Under the pieces are notes generated by a model that saw nothing but the letters and a program-made list of their open reading frames with translations, was not told the DNA's origin and did no database searches. A stretch of DNA of 64,000 nt, taken from contig CBDFJF010000002.1 of NCBI GenBank assembly GCA_965248265.1, forward strand, positions 3,648,001 through 3,712,000, read 5' to 3'. Below are positions 10,107-19,653 of the stretch, one piece after another. This DNA is from Candidatus Latescibacterota bacterium. Lineage in GTDB: Bacteria > Latescibacterota > UBA2968 > UBA8231. The stretch's first letter is position 1, and each line of letters starts with the position of its first letter. The translations under genes were made by a program, and so were the position numbers.

Positions 10107-11051
10107 TTACTCGCTCTCCTGCATGTCATACAGTATGGCGAACAGAAGGAACTGAAGCCCCATCATTATCATCAGCGCGCAGACAACGGACCGTGGGCCG
10201 GAAACCCCGACACCCGTCCACTGCTGATAGATCAGGAAGCCGCCAAATATCACGCCCAACGGCAGAAAAATCAGGCCGAACAAATAGAAGAAATACAGAG
10301 GGTGAAAATCTCGCACCAGGTACTTCAGGTGGAGACGCCAGAAAAACCCCCTGATCATCATCGGGCTGACCCGAATGGCATAACGGAGTCCCTTGATCTG
10401 AGACTGCCGCTCCCCCTCGAGATAGATGGCCCGTCGCGGGATGTCCCTGACCCGCATTCCGTAGGCATTCAAGCGCACGAGGAAATCCATGGGATAACCA
10501 TATCCCTTCCAAGCGCTGTCCCAATCCACGAGATCGATGGCGCGTTTGGAGATGGCCGTGAACCCATCGACGACGTCGTAGATTTTGTAGAACCCGGACG
10601 CGACCTTCGTCATCAGCGAGATCAAGGCGTTGCCGAAAAACCGAGTCCAGGGCATGTCATCCAGACCCGTGTCAGGCATCAAAAAGCGGTTCCCCTTGGT
10701 GTAATCAGCCTGGCCGTCGATGACCGGGTCGACCAGATCGGCGATCGCCTCCAATGGCATCTGGTGATCGCCCCCGGCAACGACGGTGACATCGCAATTC
10801 TCTTTACTCGCCTGGCGATAACCAGTGATGATGGCCTGCCCGACTCCGCGATTGGTACCGTGTTCGATCAACTCAATGCGCGCGTCTATCCTGGCAAGTC
10901 CTCTGACAACATCACACGTGGTGTCGCTGCTGCCGTCATCGACAACGAAGATGCGGTCCACGTAGTCGGGCACCGATTCCAGCGTCGGCGTGATCAGGCG
11001 CTCTTCGTTGTGAGCGGGAATGGCCAGGGCGATTTTCTTGTCTCGGTACAC
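10107..11051 (-). CDS. GT2 DPM1-like polyprenol-phosphate glycosyltransferase with two C-terminal TM helices
   Basis: AIPAHNEE, VVDDGSSD, NRGVG, KGNRF, GFTAI; DxD position reads AGGDHQ; start set at GTG 11051. Confidence 0.88.
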   Translation of the reverse strand: MYRDKKIALAIPAHNEERLITPTLESVPDYVDRIFVVDDGSSDTTCDVVRGLARIDARIELIEHGTNRGVGQAIITGYRQASKENCDVTVVAGGDHQMPLEAIADLVDPVIDGQADYTKGNRFLMPDTGLDDMPWTRFFGNALISLMTKVASGFYKIYDVVDGFTAISKRAIDLVDWDSAWKGYGYPMDFLVRLNAYGMRVRDIPRRAIYLEGERQSQIKGLRYAIRVSPMMIRGFFWRLHLKYLVRDFHPLYFFYLFGLIFLPLGVIFGGFLIYQQWTGVGVSGPRSVVCALMIMMGLQFLLFAILYDMQESE

Positions 11052-11104
11052 GTATTCGATCCTTGTTTCTGTGGTGTGGAGATAAATACTCCGCTCTCTT
11101 CTCC

Positions 11105-12130
11105 CTACACTTCCACGCTCTCGCCGCCTTGTTTCAGCGACTGACTGGCAGCCTCCAGCACCCGCACGACGCGCAACCCATTCTCGCCATCGGTGGTGGC
11201 TCGTTCTCCGCTCCCAACACAGCGGATGAAATGATCGCACTCACGCCTCAACGGCTCGCGGAAATCGATCCTCGGAATCAACACGTCGCCAGCTCGTTGC
11301 GTCAGCTGGAACTTGCCAAATGAATCGAACTCTCCCAACGAACCATCGATGTGCTCCCGGTCGATACCTTTGTCGAAGATCTGGATCTTGGCTTCAGTGC
11401 TGACATCGTCATACACGATCATCTTGCTGCTGCCGACGACGGTGGTGCGGCGAACCTTGCTCGGGTCCAGCCAGCTGACATGGATGTGAACGGTTACCCC
11501 GTCGGCAAACTCGAGCGTCAAGTAGACGACATCCTCGATGCCTTCCTGCAAATAGGTGTACCCGCGCGCGTTGACGGCGCGAGGCATCTGCTTCAACCAG
11601 CGCAGGGCGATCGAAACATCGTGAGGGGCCAGGTTCCACATGGCGTTCACATCCTGCCGTACCACTCCCAGATTGAGCCGCTGACTGTAGATGTAGTAGA
11701 CCTCTCCGAGCGCGCTTTCCTCGATCATGGTTTCGACGTACTCGACAGCGGCATTGAATTCGAAGGTATGGCCGACCATCAACACCAAATCCTGCCGCTG
11801 CGCCAGATCGATAAGCGCCTGACACTCTGACACCGTGCGGGCAAGCGGCTTCTCCACGAAGGCGCTCTTACCACCCTGCAGACATGCGCTTGCCAATTCG
11901 TAGTGGCTACCCGCGGGTGTTGCTATCGCTATGGCGTCGATATCGTCGTTACGCAGCAGGTCCTCCACTCGATTGACGCGCTTCGCCAGCGGATAACCAC
12001 GCTCGATTACGGCCAATCTCTCCTGTGACTGATCGCACACGGCAACCAATGAGCAGTCATCGGCGGCAGCGAAGTTGCGAATCAGATTAGGACCCCAGTA
12101 GCCTGCACCTATGACGCCGATGCCAATCAT
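11105..12130 (-). CDS. Gfo/Idh/MocA oxidoreductase (probable NDP-sugar dehydrogenase)
   Basis: GVIGAGYWGPNLIRNF, FVEKPLA, LMVGH, LAPHD; start ATG 12130. Confidence 0.9.
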   Translation of the reverse strand: MIGIGVIGAGYWGPNLIRNFAAADDCSLVAVCDQSQERLAVIERGYPLAKRVNRVEDLLRNDDIDAIAIATPAGSHYELASACLQGGKSAFVEKPLARTVSECQALIDLAQRQDLVLMVGHTFEFNAAVEYVETMIEESALGEVYYIYSQRLNLGVVRQDVNAMWNLAPHDVSIALRWLKQMPRAVNARGYTYLQEGIEDVVYLTLEFADGVTVHIHVSWLDPSKVRRTTVVGSSKMIVYDDVSTEAKIQIFDKGIDREHIDGSLGEFDSFGKFQLTQRAGDVLIPRIDFREPLRRECDHFIRCVGSGERATTDGENGLRVVRVLEAASQSLKQGGESVEV

Positions 12131-12158
12131 GAACGATCTCCCGAGTTCATATGTCGCT

Positions 12159-13229
12159 CTACCGCTTCCCAAGAGCCCGCCAACCGATCCCATCACGGCT
12201 GACGATCTCGACTCCCTGCAGATCAGCTGCGCGGAACCACTCTTCGACGTCATCACACGAAAAGTACGCCGTCAGGGGCACCGAAAGCCGGTCAAACCAG
12301 TCGGCGTGTCCTACACGCAATGGCAGGTCGGCGTAGCGCGTGAACGGTAGCTCTCGAGCAACGCTCCCCAGGCCGGGAATCGCCCGCAGGATCTTGTACG
12401 GTAGCGAAAAAACCAAATGACAAAGCAGATTCAGCACGTAGGTGGCACGGTACAGAATTCCCATCGGAGTCCGCGTGGTGATGTGACGCATTGCATCGAC
12501 AAGGCGATACAGCCCCTGTCGCTTGCCATACACCCATACGAACAACTCGCCGGCCTCGTTCAATAACGTCGACAGTGAACGAAAGCTGGCTGCAGGGTCC
12601 GGGGTATGCTGGATAACGCCGACACAGTAGATGAGGTCGAAGGCAGGACGCAGAGGAGGGCTGTAGAGATCACCCTGTATTACGTGCACATCCTCGAGCT
12701 TGCGGGTGTTGGTGAAGGCGGCGTTCACTGCTTCACTCAGATCCATCGCGACAACCTCGGCACCGAACTTCTCTGAATAGTAGGCGTGCCGGCCGAAGCC
12801 ACAGCCAGCGTCCAACACGAGACGGCCACGAAACTCGGTGGGCTCGATCAAGGGCTCGAAATAACTGCGGAAGTTGTCTTCCCAATGGGTGTACATCTCT
12901 GAAAACGTGTTCCACTGAAAACTGAAGCTGCTCAGTGTTCTCTTTTTCGCATCCCCCACGGTTTCAACGATTTCAGCGCCTGCCTGCTGCAAACGGGAGG
13001 CGTAGCGGTCGTAGACCTCTGGGTGGTAGTCACGCAGTGCCTGTGAGAGCAATTGCGGCAACAACAGCCGGGGCACTCCACAGATGATGGGATAGAAATG
13101 GCCCTTGTCACAGGCGAGCTCGCCGTCGATGATCTCACCATCCTCATCCTGCACCACACACTCTGGCACCAGAGTCACGGCATGCTTGCAAGCAGGGCAC
13201 GCGAGAATGTCCAGCAAGCGGTGCTTCAT
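12159..13229 (-). CDS. Trm112-like domain fused to class I SAM methyltransferase
   Basis: LLDILACPACK...YPIICGVPRLL then VLDAGCGFGRH; ATGA overlap at 13226-13229. Confidence 0.88.
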   Translation of the reverse strand: MKHRLLDILACPACKHAVTLVPECVVQDEDGEIIDGELACDKGHFYPIICGVPRLLLPQLLSQALRDYHPEVYDRYASRLQQAGAEIVETVGDAKKRTLSSFSFQWNTFSEMYTHWEDNFRSYFEPLIEPTEFRGRLVLDAGCGFGRHAYYSEKFGAEVVAMDLSEAVNAAFTNTRKLEDVHVIQGDLYSPPLRPAFDLIYCVGVIQHTPDPAASFRSLSTLLNEAGELFVWVYGKRQGLYRLVDAMRHITTRTPMGILYRATYVLNLLCHLVFSLPYKILRAIPGLGSVARELPFTRYADLPLRVGHADWFDRLSVPLTAYFSCDDVEEWFRAADLQGVEIVSRDGIGWRALGKR

Positions 13230-14008
13230 CGTCGTCGAGCGCTGATGATGACGCCCCTCCCCCATGACCACCTCGAGAACAGTTCATCGAACCGCAACAC
13301 ACACGCAACGGTTTCAACCAGAGCCCGATTTCCAGCAGCCCTGGTATCCAACCCGCCGTCCACTGCTGCCTTGTCCTTTGATGAGGCCCGATGGATCCAC
13401 GGGGCGAAGAGGAAACGGTGATAGAGCCGCCCCAGCGGGAACCCCCACGTGGTTACTTGATCTACATCGAAACCGTTGCTCTCGAACAAGCCGACAAACT
13501 CCTCACGCCGATAGCGCTTCACATGGCCGGCCCATTCATCGCTGGCATCCCACAGCTTTGGGTTCAACGGCACGCTGGCAACGCAGGCGGCACCGGGACG
13601 CAATACTCTATGAAGCTCTCTCACTGCCATCACGTCACCGCCATGGTCTTCGGTGACATGCTCGAGGACCTCGCCAGAGACTCCGCCGTCGAAGCTCTCA
13701 TCTTCAAACGGCAACTCCGTGACCGAGCTTTGCTGTACGGTGAGCCGACTCTCGTTGCCGAAGCGCGATATTTTGTGGTTGACCAATTCGACGAAGGCCT
13801 CCGACAGTTCGACTGCATGCACGCGATATCCGGCTTTGCACATATCGAAAGAGAAACTGCCACTGCCGCAACCGGCGTCGACGACGACGCCCGTCTCCAA
13901 CTTGGGCCGCAGCAACCGCATCATGATGCGCTCGCGAAACAGATGCACCGGGCCCCGGATCTCACGCTCGCCCCAGGGTGTCGGGTTGATGACAGTGGCC
14001 TGGCTCAC
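13226..14008 (-). CDS. Class I SAM-dependent methyltransferase
   Basis: VVDAGCGSG, LPFEDESFD, EVLEHV, RVLRPG, GHVKRY; GTGA overlap at 14005-14008. Confidence 0.88.
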   Translation of the reverse strand: MSQATVINPTPWGEREIRGPVHLFRERIMMRLLRPKLETGVVVDAGCGSGSFSFDMCKAGYRVHAVELSEAFVELVNHKISRFGNESRLTVQQSSVTELPFEDESFDGGVSGEVLEHVTEDHGGDVMAVRELHRVLRPGAACVASVPLNPKLWDASDEWAGHVKRYRREEFVGLFESNGFDVDQVTTWGFPLGRLYHRFLFAPWIHRASSKDKAAVDGGLDTRAAGNRALVETVACVLRFDELFSRWSWGRGVIISARRR

Positions 14009-15174
14009 GCGGCAGCCACTTCCAGCGAATTCGCCAGCGTGCGACCGACCGCCTCCGGGCTTCCGTGTTGCCGATAGCATTCATACCCATTGTCGGCAAG
14101 CCTCGACGCCAGGCCGGACTCATCTCTCAGCCGCAGCAAGGCGCCAGCGAGTGACTGCCCCTCGGGGGCGCACAACAGCGCCGACTCATCATGCACGAGC
14201 AACTCGCGCACGGCTGGGGAATCCCGCGTGATGACAGGCTTCCGCATGGCCAGCGCATCGAACACCTTGTATGGGATAACCCGGGCAGCCTTCGGAGTGC
14301 TTCCAAAGATTCCAAGGCACACCTGTGCGCGTTCGATGTGGGCGATCAGCTCATCGGTCGCCACCCAGCGATCGATGAAGACGACGTTGTTGACGTCCCG
14401 GCGCTTCGCATCCTGTCTGATCTGCGGAAACAGTTGACCGGTGCCGATCAGGGTAATACTGATATCCTTCTCCTGTGAAAGCAGATCGGCGGCGTCCACG
14501 ATCACCTCGATTCCATGTAGGGGCACATAGGTGCCGAAGAAGAGCGCTTCGAATGCAGGCAGGTCAGCTCCCGCCTCGGCAAGGCCCCTCGGCTTGAACT
14601 CATCGTCATCTTCGCCCACGAAGGAGCGGACGAACTTGTGTCTGGGCAGTCCGAACAGCTCCGCATAGTGTTTGCCATGCGCATCGGTATCGACGAGGAC
14701 GACATCCGCGGCCGCGAAGGAGATCCGGTCCAGCGCTTTGAGCAGTTTCCCCTTCCAGGATGAGGCAGACGCCTGGGCACGATCAAGGACCGCCGTGTCA
14801 TACAGCGAGATGAATGCCACGAGAGCGATACGCCGGCGACGACGCCAGTTCAATGCGCGCGCGACCAGGACGTCGACGTAGCCGGGATATCCCACGGCAA
14901 CCCACTGATGGTCCTTCGCAAGCAAATACTTGATCAGCAGGCGTCCGTAGCACCACGGCAACCGCCAGCACAACGACAACAGCGCGCTCAGCTTGAGATG
15001 GGTGAACAGCTCGTGTAGAAATCCTCCCCACAATTCCTGACGGCACTCGTCGACGGCGATCCCGGCACGCTGCAACCCCTTCAGGATGACCCGGTTTACC
15101 GGATATCCTTGTGCCGTCGTATAGGTGCCGAAGAAACAGATCCGCCTTGCCCGAACTCGATCGCCCATGCTCAC
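14005..15174 (-). CDS. Glycosyltransferase family 4
   Basis: LFFGTYVPLHG, LGIFG...KAARVIPYKVFDALAMRKPVIT. Confidence 0.88.
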   Translation of the reverse strand: MSMGDRVRARRICFFGTYTTAQGYPVNRVILKGLQRAGIAVDECRQELWGGFLHELFTHLKLSALLSLCWRLPWCYGRLLIKYLLAKDHQWVAVGYPGYVDVLVARALNWRRRRRIALVAFISLYDTAVLDRAQASASSWKGKLLKALDRISFAAADVVLVDTDAHGKHYAELFGLPRHKFVRSFVGEDDDEFKPRGLAEAGADLPAFEALFFGTYVPLHGIEVIVDAADLLSQEKDISITLIGTGQLFPQIRQDAKRRDVNNVVFIDRWVATDELIAHIERAQVCLGIFGSTPKAARVIPYKVFDALAMRKPVITRDSPAVRELLVHDESALLCAPEGQSLAGALLRLRDESGLASRLADNGYECYRQHGSPEAVGRTLANSLEVAAA

Positions 15175-16143
15175 TCAGACGTCTTCGGTGCGCTCGAAAC
15201 GCATTTGCGCAATTTGCTCGGCCACCAGGCCCATCATGAACACGATCACGGCAGTCGTGAACAGGAGCATGGACATGTTGGTGAAACGGTGTGCGGTGGT
15301 GAAGGTGTAGATGTAGTAGCCCATCCCCATCAATGAGAGGTACACACTCACGGGCAGGAAAATCTTGAACGGTGAAAACAGCATACAAATCTTCATGATC
15401 ACGAGGAGAAACTTGGCGCCATCGGAGAACAGACTGATCTTGCTCTTGCCTGCTCTGGGAGCAACCTCGATAGGCATGTAGTGGACGCTGTAGCCACCCC
15501 GCATCAGGCACAGCGTGGACGTCGTTGGATAGGAAAACCCATTCGGGAGCAGCCCTGCAAAACGGCGCACGACATCTCTCCTGAAGGCTCTGAAGCCGGA
15601 AGTCAGATCACCGACCGAGCGCCCGGTGACGTAGCTGGCAAACTGATTGTAGACCCAGTTCGCCATGCGGCGGTGGAGTCCAGCCTGCGACTGGCCGCTG
15701 CGTGCACCGACCACCATATCATAGCGCTGACAGGCCTTCAGGAATTGCGGGATGTAGGCGGGGTCATGCTGGCCATCAGCGTCCATCATCACCAGCACCT
15801 CACCACGGGCATGGCGGATTCCCGTTTTGATGGAAGCGCCGTTTCCCATGTTGTACGGGTGTTGCCTCAGCGTCACCGGGAGCTGGGCCGACGCAATGGC
15901 TTCGGCGATGAAATCGGCGATGACATCGGCCGTGGCATCGGTGGAACCGTCATCGACGACGATGACCTCGTAGCGATCTCGCAAGTCGACGATCTGCTCG
16001 AGTTGCTCGAAAAGGCGCTCCAATACCTGCCGGATCGATTCAGCTTCGTTGTACACCGGAATGATCACACTCAGCGCAGTGGCCTGCTCGCCTGCGCCAG
16101 CTGAAGATTCTTCCTGTGCTTCCGCAACCAATTCAGTTGCCAC
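15175..16143 (-). CDS. GT2 DPM1-like glycosyltransferase with C-terminal TM helices
   Basis: SVIIPVYNEA, VVDDGSTD, DADGQHDP, DLTSGFRA; start set at GTG 16143, 10 nt after GGAGG. Confidence 0.9.
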   Translation of the reverse strand: MATELVAEAQEESSAGAGEQATALSVIIPVYNEAESIRQVLERLFEQLEQIVDLRDRYEVIVVDDGSTDATADVIADFIAEAIASAQLPVTLRQHPYNMGNGASIKTGIRHARGEVLVMMDADGQHDPAYIPQFLKACQRYDMVVGARSGQSQAGLHRRMANWVYNQFASYVTGRSVGDLTSGFRAFRRDVVRRFAGLLPNGFSYPTTSTLCLMRGGYSVHYMPIEVAPRAGKSKISLFSDGAKFLLVIMKICMLFSPFKIFLPVSVYLSLMGMGYYIYTFTTAHRFTNMSMLLFTTAVIVFMMGLVAEQIAQMRFERTEDV

Positions 16144-16777
16144 CCAGTACCTGCCTCCTGTCATCCCCGTGATCAGCGGGATCCCCGCCATCGGCGTGAT
16201 GCTCATGAGTGGATTCGATGTCTGCGAACAACGGTAGATCCCTCCGCAGCTGTGCTTCCACCTGACCGTGACAGGAAGGGCAGACGGAGACCAGGTAATC
16301 CAGTCTGTTGGCCTCGATGTTTGATTTGAAGCGGGTGTATGGAATGGTGTGATGGACGTGCAGTCTCTTACCGAGCTCTTCTTCCGTGACGCCGCAGACT
16401 CGGCAGGTATAACGATCACGCTCCCTGGCAGCTTTCGACTGTACACCCCAATTTGCCCCGCGCTGGCGCCAGCTCGCCGCCTTCGTGCTCACGAGCGTAC
16501 GGCGTTTGTCACCCTGCACATCCTCCCTCGCCCACTCGCGCCTGCACTCAGCGTTGCAGTAGTAGTTCTCAAGCTCCTGGGCAAGAAGCCATTGCGGCAC
16601 CTTCACGGGCGCTCCACAGTGGCGACAACGCGGCGCGGTTGCGACTGAAGAACCCGATGACCTGCGCCCCCGCTTCTTGCGGGACGCAGCAATACCTCTG
16701 AGCGCAGCCGATCCCCTATCCCCACTGAGCGGCAGACACAGCTGTGACCCCGCAGGATCATGTTGGGTGATGTCCAT
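16133..16777 (-). CDS. HNH endonuclease-family protein with N-terminal Cys4 zinc finger
   Basis: CRHCG...YCNAEC; RERDRYTCRVCG...LHVHH...N...CPSCH. Confidence 0.8.
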   Translation of the reverse strand: MDITQHDPAGSQLCLPLSGDRGSAALRGIAASRKKRGRRSSGSSVATAPRCRHCGAPVKVPQWLLAQELENYYCNAECRREWAREDVQGDKRRTLVSTKAASWRQRGANWGVQSKAARERDRYTCRVCGVTEEELGKRLHVHHTIPYTRFKSNIEANRLDYLVSVCPSCHGQVEAQLRRDLPLFADIESTHEHHADGGDPADHGDDRRQVLGGN

Positions 16778-16913
16778 TATATAGATCCTGCCAGACACCG
16801 GAATCTCGAACAGGCGCTGGCACTACTTTGTATTAGGGAGTAACTCGTCGAGACCCTGTAACGGTGGGCTATAGGCTCATCGGGAGGGGAAATCGGTGGG
16901 AGGAATGTTTCCT

Positions 16914-16943
16914 AATGTACTGATTATCCAACGCATTAGGCAA
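16914..16943 (-). promoter_or_regulatory. Putative sigma70 promoter of the glycan operon with overlapping inverted repeat
   Basis: Minus strand TTGCCT-N18-TACATT; CCTAATG (16911-16917) and CATTAGG (16934-16940) form an inverted repeat. Confidence 0.45.
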
Positions 16944-16947
16944 GTTT

Positions 16948-17349
16948 TCATTGCTGGTCGGAAAGGATAAAGTCGACCTCAAGGGTGTCCCTGATGGCGA
17001 TCGCCTGCGCGATAATCTGGGCCCTTCTGGGACGGCCGTCTCCCGGGCTGGTCAGCAGGGCGACAGCCAGACCGTCCTGGGTCTCCTTGGAGTCCTCGAT
17101 CGTGCCAACGGTCGTAGCGAAAACGACGCGGGTGCTGTCAGCAACCGGCTGTCCCCCTCGTTTGATGGTCGCCCAGACCTCGGCGGTTGCCGTGCTGTCT
17201 TCGATGGAGATGCGATCTGGAAAAGCGGACAGTTCCAACGTCAGCAGTGACTCGTCGTCGGAAGACGAGGTTACCGAGAAGGCGCAACTCCAGGCCCATG
17301 TCAGGGCTGCCAGAGCGGCCATTGATGTCATGGAGAATCGGGTCATCAC
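16948..17349 (-). CDS. Exported Ig-like (Big_1/invasin-type) protein, possible lipoprotein
   Basis: Signal peptide ending WAWSC; GQPVADSTRVVFATTVGTI...TQDGLAVALLTS resembles Big_1 domains. Confidence 0.7.
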   Translation of the reverse strand: MMTRFSMTSMAALAALTWAWSCAFSVTSSSDDESLLTLELSAFPDRISIEDSTATAEVWATIKRGGQPVADSTRVVFATTVGTIEDSKETQDGLAVALLTSPGDGRPRRAQIIAQAIAIRDTLEVDFILSDQQ

Positions 17350-17359
17350 TCACACACCA

Positions 17360-18883
17360 TTATTCACGGGCAAAATCCGGCGGAATCCAGGTAAACTGAG
17401 TCGCCATGGAAGCCAGTAGATTGCCAACCAGATTGTCCAGGGCCTTTTCGTGTACAGACTCTATTTCTGCCGCGGAGCGCCGTACCGTGATGTCGGGACG
17501 ATCCGCAGGCAACAACCTCATCCTTTTGCGGGCGTGCCCGGCAGCCGATACCTGTTGGGTAAAGGCTTCCATTTCGGTCTTGGTCGGGCTCGTGAACCAC
17601 ATCACCCGATAGCGCATCTCCAGAGACACGGCGGTCTCCGGAATCTCGAGGATATAGGGGATCTTGATCCCAGCAAACCTGTCAGTGTTGTAGCGTGACA
17701 CTTCTCCGGAAATGACCACGTCAACGCCGAGCTTGCGGCCCAGTTCGATGGCCTCTGGCGGGGAAAGCATGCCGTGGGTCCGCACCCCACTGAACAACTT
17801 CGGATCGACCACCTCGAGGCTGTCGTGTGGCGCCAGCAGGGTCTTTATCCTGTCGGTCAGTCGTTCACCGGCCCGATAATCCTCGAACCCTTCGAAATCC
17901 AGGATGGCAATCCTCAGGACCTGCTCGGGCTCGTATATGCGTTTGGGCTTTGGCACGGGCTGGTACAGGCTCATTCGGCTCTCCAAGCGGCGCCGACCGG
18001 TCAAATAGCCATGCATGCGGATTCCAAGGGTCGTGGCCGAATTGGTCGGATAATCTTGAAAGCCGAATTCCCTATTCATCTCCAATTCCAGGCCGCGGTA
18101 GATCTGCACCCGGGTGCCCAGCTTGAAAACGGTTTCCGCGCTCGACTGTTCGGACGTCACGACCCGCGTTTCGTACTCCGCATTCAGACTGTACCAGCGA
18201 TTGCGACGACCGTGTTCGAGTCCTATTCCGTAGACCAACTGCGACGGGACGTCAAGGTTGCCGGAGCGGAACAGACCACCGTTGAGGTACACCGAGACGG
18301 GCGAAAAGTGAAGGTCCATCAAAAACAGCAACCCGATATCGACCGCCTCGTTACTGAACGGCCTCACGCCGCCGACCTTGTCGATGCCGGTCTCCCCTTT
18401 GTACCCCAAAGGCAAACCGATGGACATCTGAAACGCCCGGTACACGCCTGACGGAATCTTCGACGGCGTCGCATACTTTATAGCCACCACTGGATCACTG
18501 GTCCCATACTTCGACAGGCCCGCCACCGAGTCCAGGAAAAACGGCACGGTCAAGCCGATATCGATGCTATTCGAAAACCCGTAGCCCAGACCGTACAGAC
18601 CGGTATAGGTACTGCCGTCGCCCAGCTCTGGAACAGAAATCCGCTGTGTTCGATTAACCGCCCGCAAACGGAAGCGCGACTTGCCCAGGGGCTCGGCACT
18701 GTGGACGAAATTCAGTCCCTGGCCGGCTGGCATGGCAAACGCCGAGTTCCTCGGTTGCTGAAGCAGACTCAGATCCTGAGCCTGGGTCCCCCCGGCAAGG
18801 CAACCGAGGGCGACGATGATCAGCAGCGGCACTGAACCGTAGCGCATTCGTTGGGCCGATTGGATGAGATCGGATAGACGCAT
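17360..18883 (-). CDS. Putative outer-membrane beta-barrel fused to a CsgG/TolB-N-like alpha/beta domain
   Basis: Signal peptide, amphipathic strands (GLGYGFSNSIDIGLTVPF, VYLNGG), then RIAILDFEG...ELGRKLGVDVVISGEV. Confidence 0.55.
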   Translation of the reverse strand: MRLSDLIQSAQRMRYGSVPLLIIVALGCLAGGTQAQDLSLLQQPRNSAFAMPAGQGLNFVHSAEPLGKSRFRLRAVNRTQRISVPELGDGSTYTGLYGLGYGFSNSIDIGLTVPFFLDSVAGLSKYGTSDPVVAIKYATPSKIPSGVYRAFQMSIGLPLGYKGETGIDKVGGVRPFSNEAVDIGLLFLMDLHFSPVSVYLNGGLFRSGNLDVPSQLVYGIGLEHGRRNRWYSLNAEYETRVVTSEQSSAETVFKLGTRVQIYRGLELEMNREFGFQDYPTNSATTLGIRMHGYLTGRRRLESRMSLYQPVPKPKRIYEPEQVLRIAILDFEGFEDYRAGERLTDRIKTLLAPHDSLEVVDPKLFSGVRTHGMLSPPEAIELGRKLGVDVVISGEVSRYNTDRFAGIKIPYILEIPETAVSLEMRYRVMWFTSPTKTEMEAFTQQVSAAGHARKRMRLLPADRPDITVRRSAAEIESVHEKALDNLVGNLLASMATQFTWIPPDFARE

Positions 18884-18890
18884 GGCAAGA

Positions 18891-19619
18891 TTACAATCCG
18901 CTCGAAACGGTCTCCTGCAAGTTGATCGAGGCGACACTCAAGCTGTCCAACAACTGCCCCGGGTTCGAAAACTTGTAGTTCCTGTTGACCAGGCGCAGTT
19001 GAGCAGCCGAGTTGTTCGGGTCCGGTCGATCGACGGCACTGTAGCGCCCCAGATGAAAGTAGGCCTCCGACAACATCAACCTGACATGCCTGTCGTCGAG
19101 GTTGTCATGGCCGAGTTGGCGGCCTTGAGAATCAAGACGTGTGGCCGAGTCGTAGTCAGGCTCCGCCTCCAAGGCGTCGATGGAGTACTGCACCACATCA
19201 CCGAAATCGCCCTGTGCCAGCGAAACACCTGCCCGTCCGACCCAGGCATCGGCGTTGCGACGATCCAGGGTGGTCGCGATGTCGAATGCAAGCTCTGCAG
19301 CATCGAGATTCTGCATGGTCATGAACGACCAGCCAATTCCGTTCTGGGCCTCTGACTTCACCTCATTCTTGACGGCATCGACACCCTCAAGACCGTCGGC
19401 CTCATCAAGTGTGGCCGTGAAAAAGTCGATGGCCCCTTCCAGGTCGCCATCGTTGTACTGGGTCCAGTCGATGGGCAATCGATCCTTCAGCCGCTCCTCA
19501 CGCTTCTGTATTTCTCCGGGCCCGATCCCACTACCACCACCACAGGAGAGCAGAAACGCGCCTGCCAGGCACGCTACTCCCGATCGGATCACTGTCTTTT
19601 TTAGAATCTTCTTCTGCAT
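18891..19619 (-). CDS. TPR lipoprotein
   Basis: Basic N-terminus, lipobox LLSC; TPR helices (EAQNGIGWSF, DAWVGRAGV). Confidence 0.8.
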   Translation of the reverse strand: MQKKILKKTVIRSGVACLAGAFLLSCGGGSGIGPGEIQKREERLKDRLPIDWTQYNDGDLEGAIDFFTATLDEADGLEGVDAVKNEVKSEAQNGIGWSFMTMQNLDAAELAFDIATTLDRRNADAWVGRAGVSLAQGDFGDVVQYSIDALEAEPDYDSATRLDSQGRQLGHDNLDDRHVRLMLSEAYFHLGRYSAVDRPDPNNSAAQLRLVNRNYKFSNPGQLLDSLSVASINLQETVSSGL

Positions 19620-19653
19620 CCCGCTTTCCTCCAGCTCCTGTTTCGGTCTTCTA

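Noticed and set aside
16818-16832. TGGCAC on plus as a sigma54 site
   Set aside because: No GC at the -12 position and no gene in that direction
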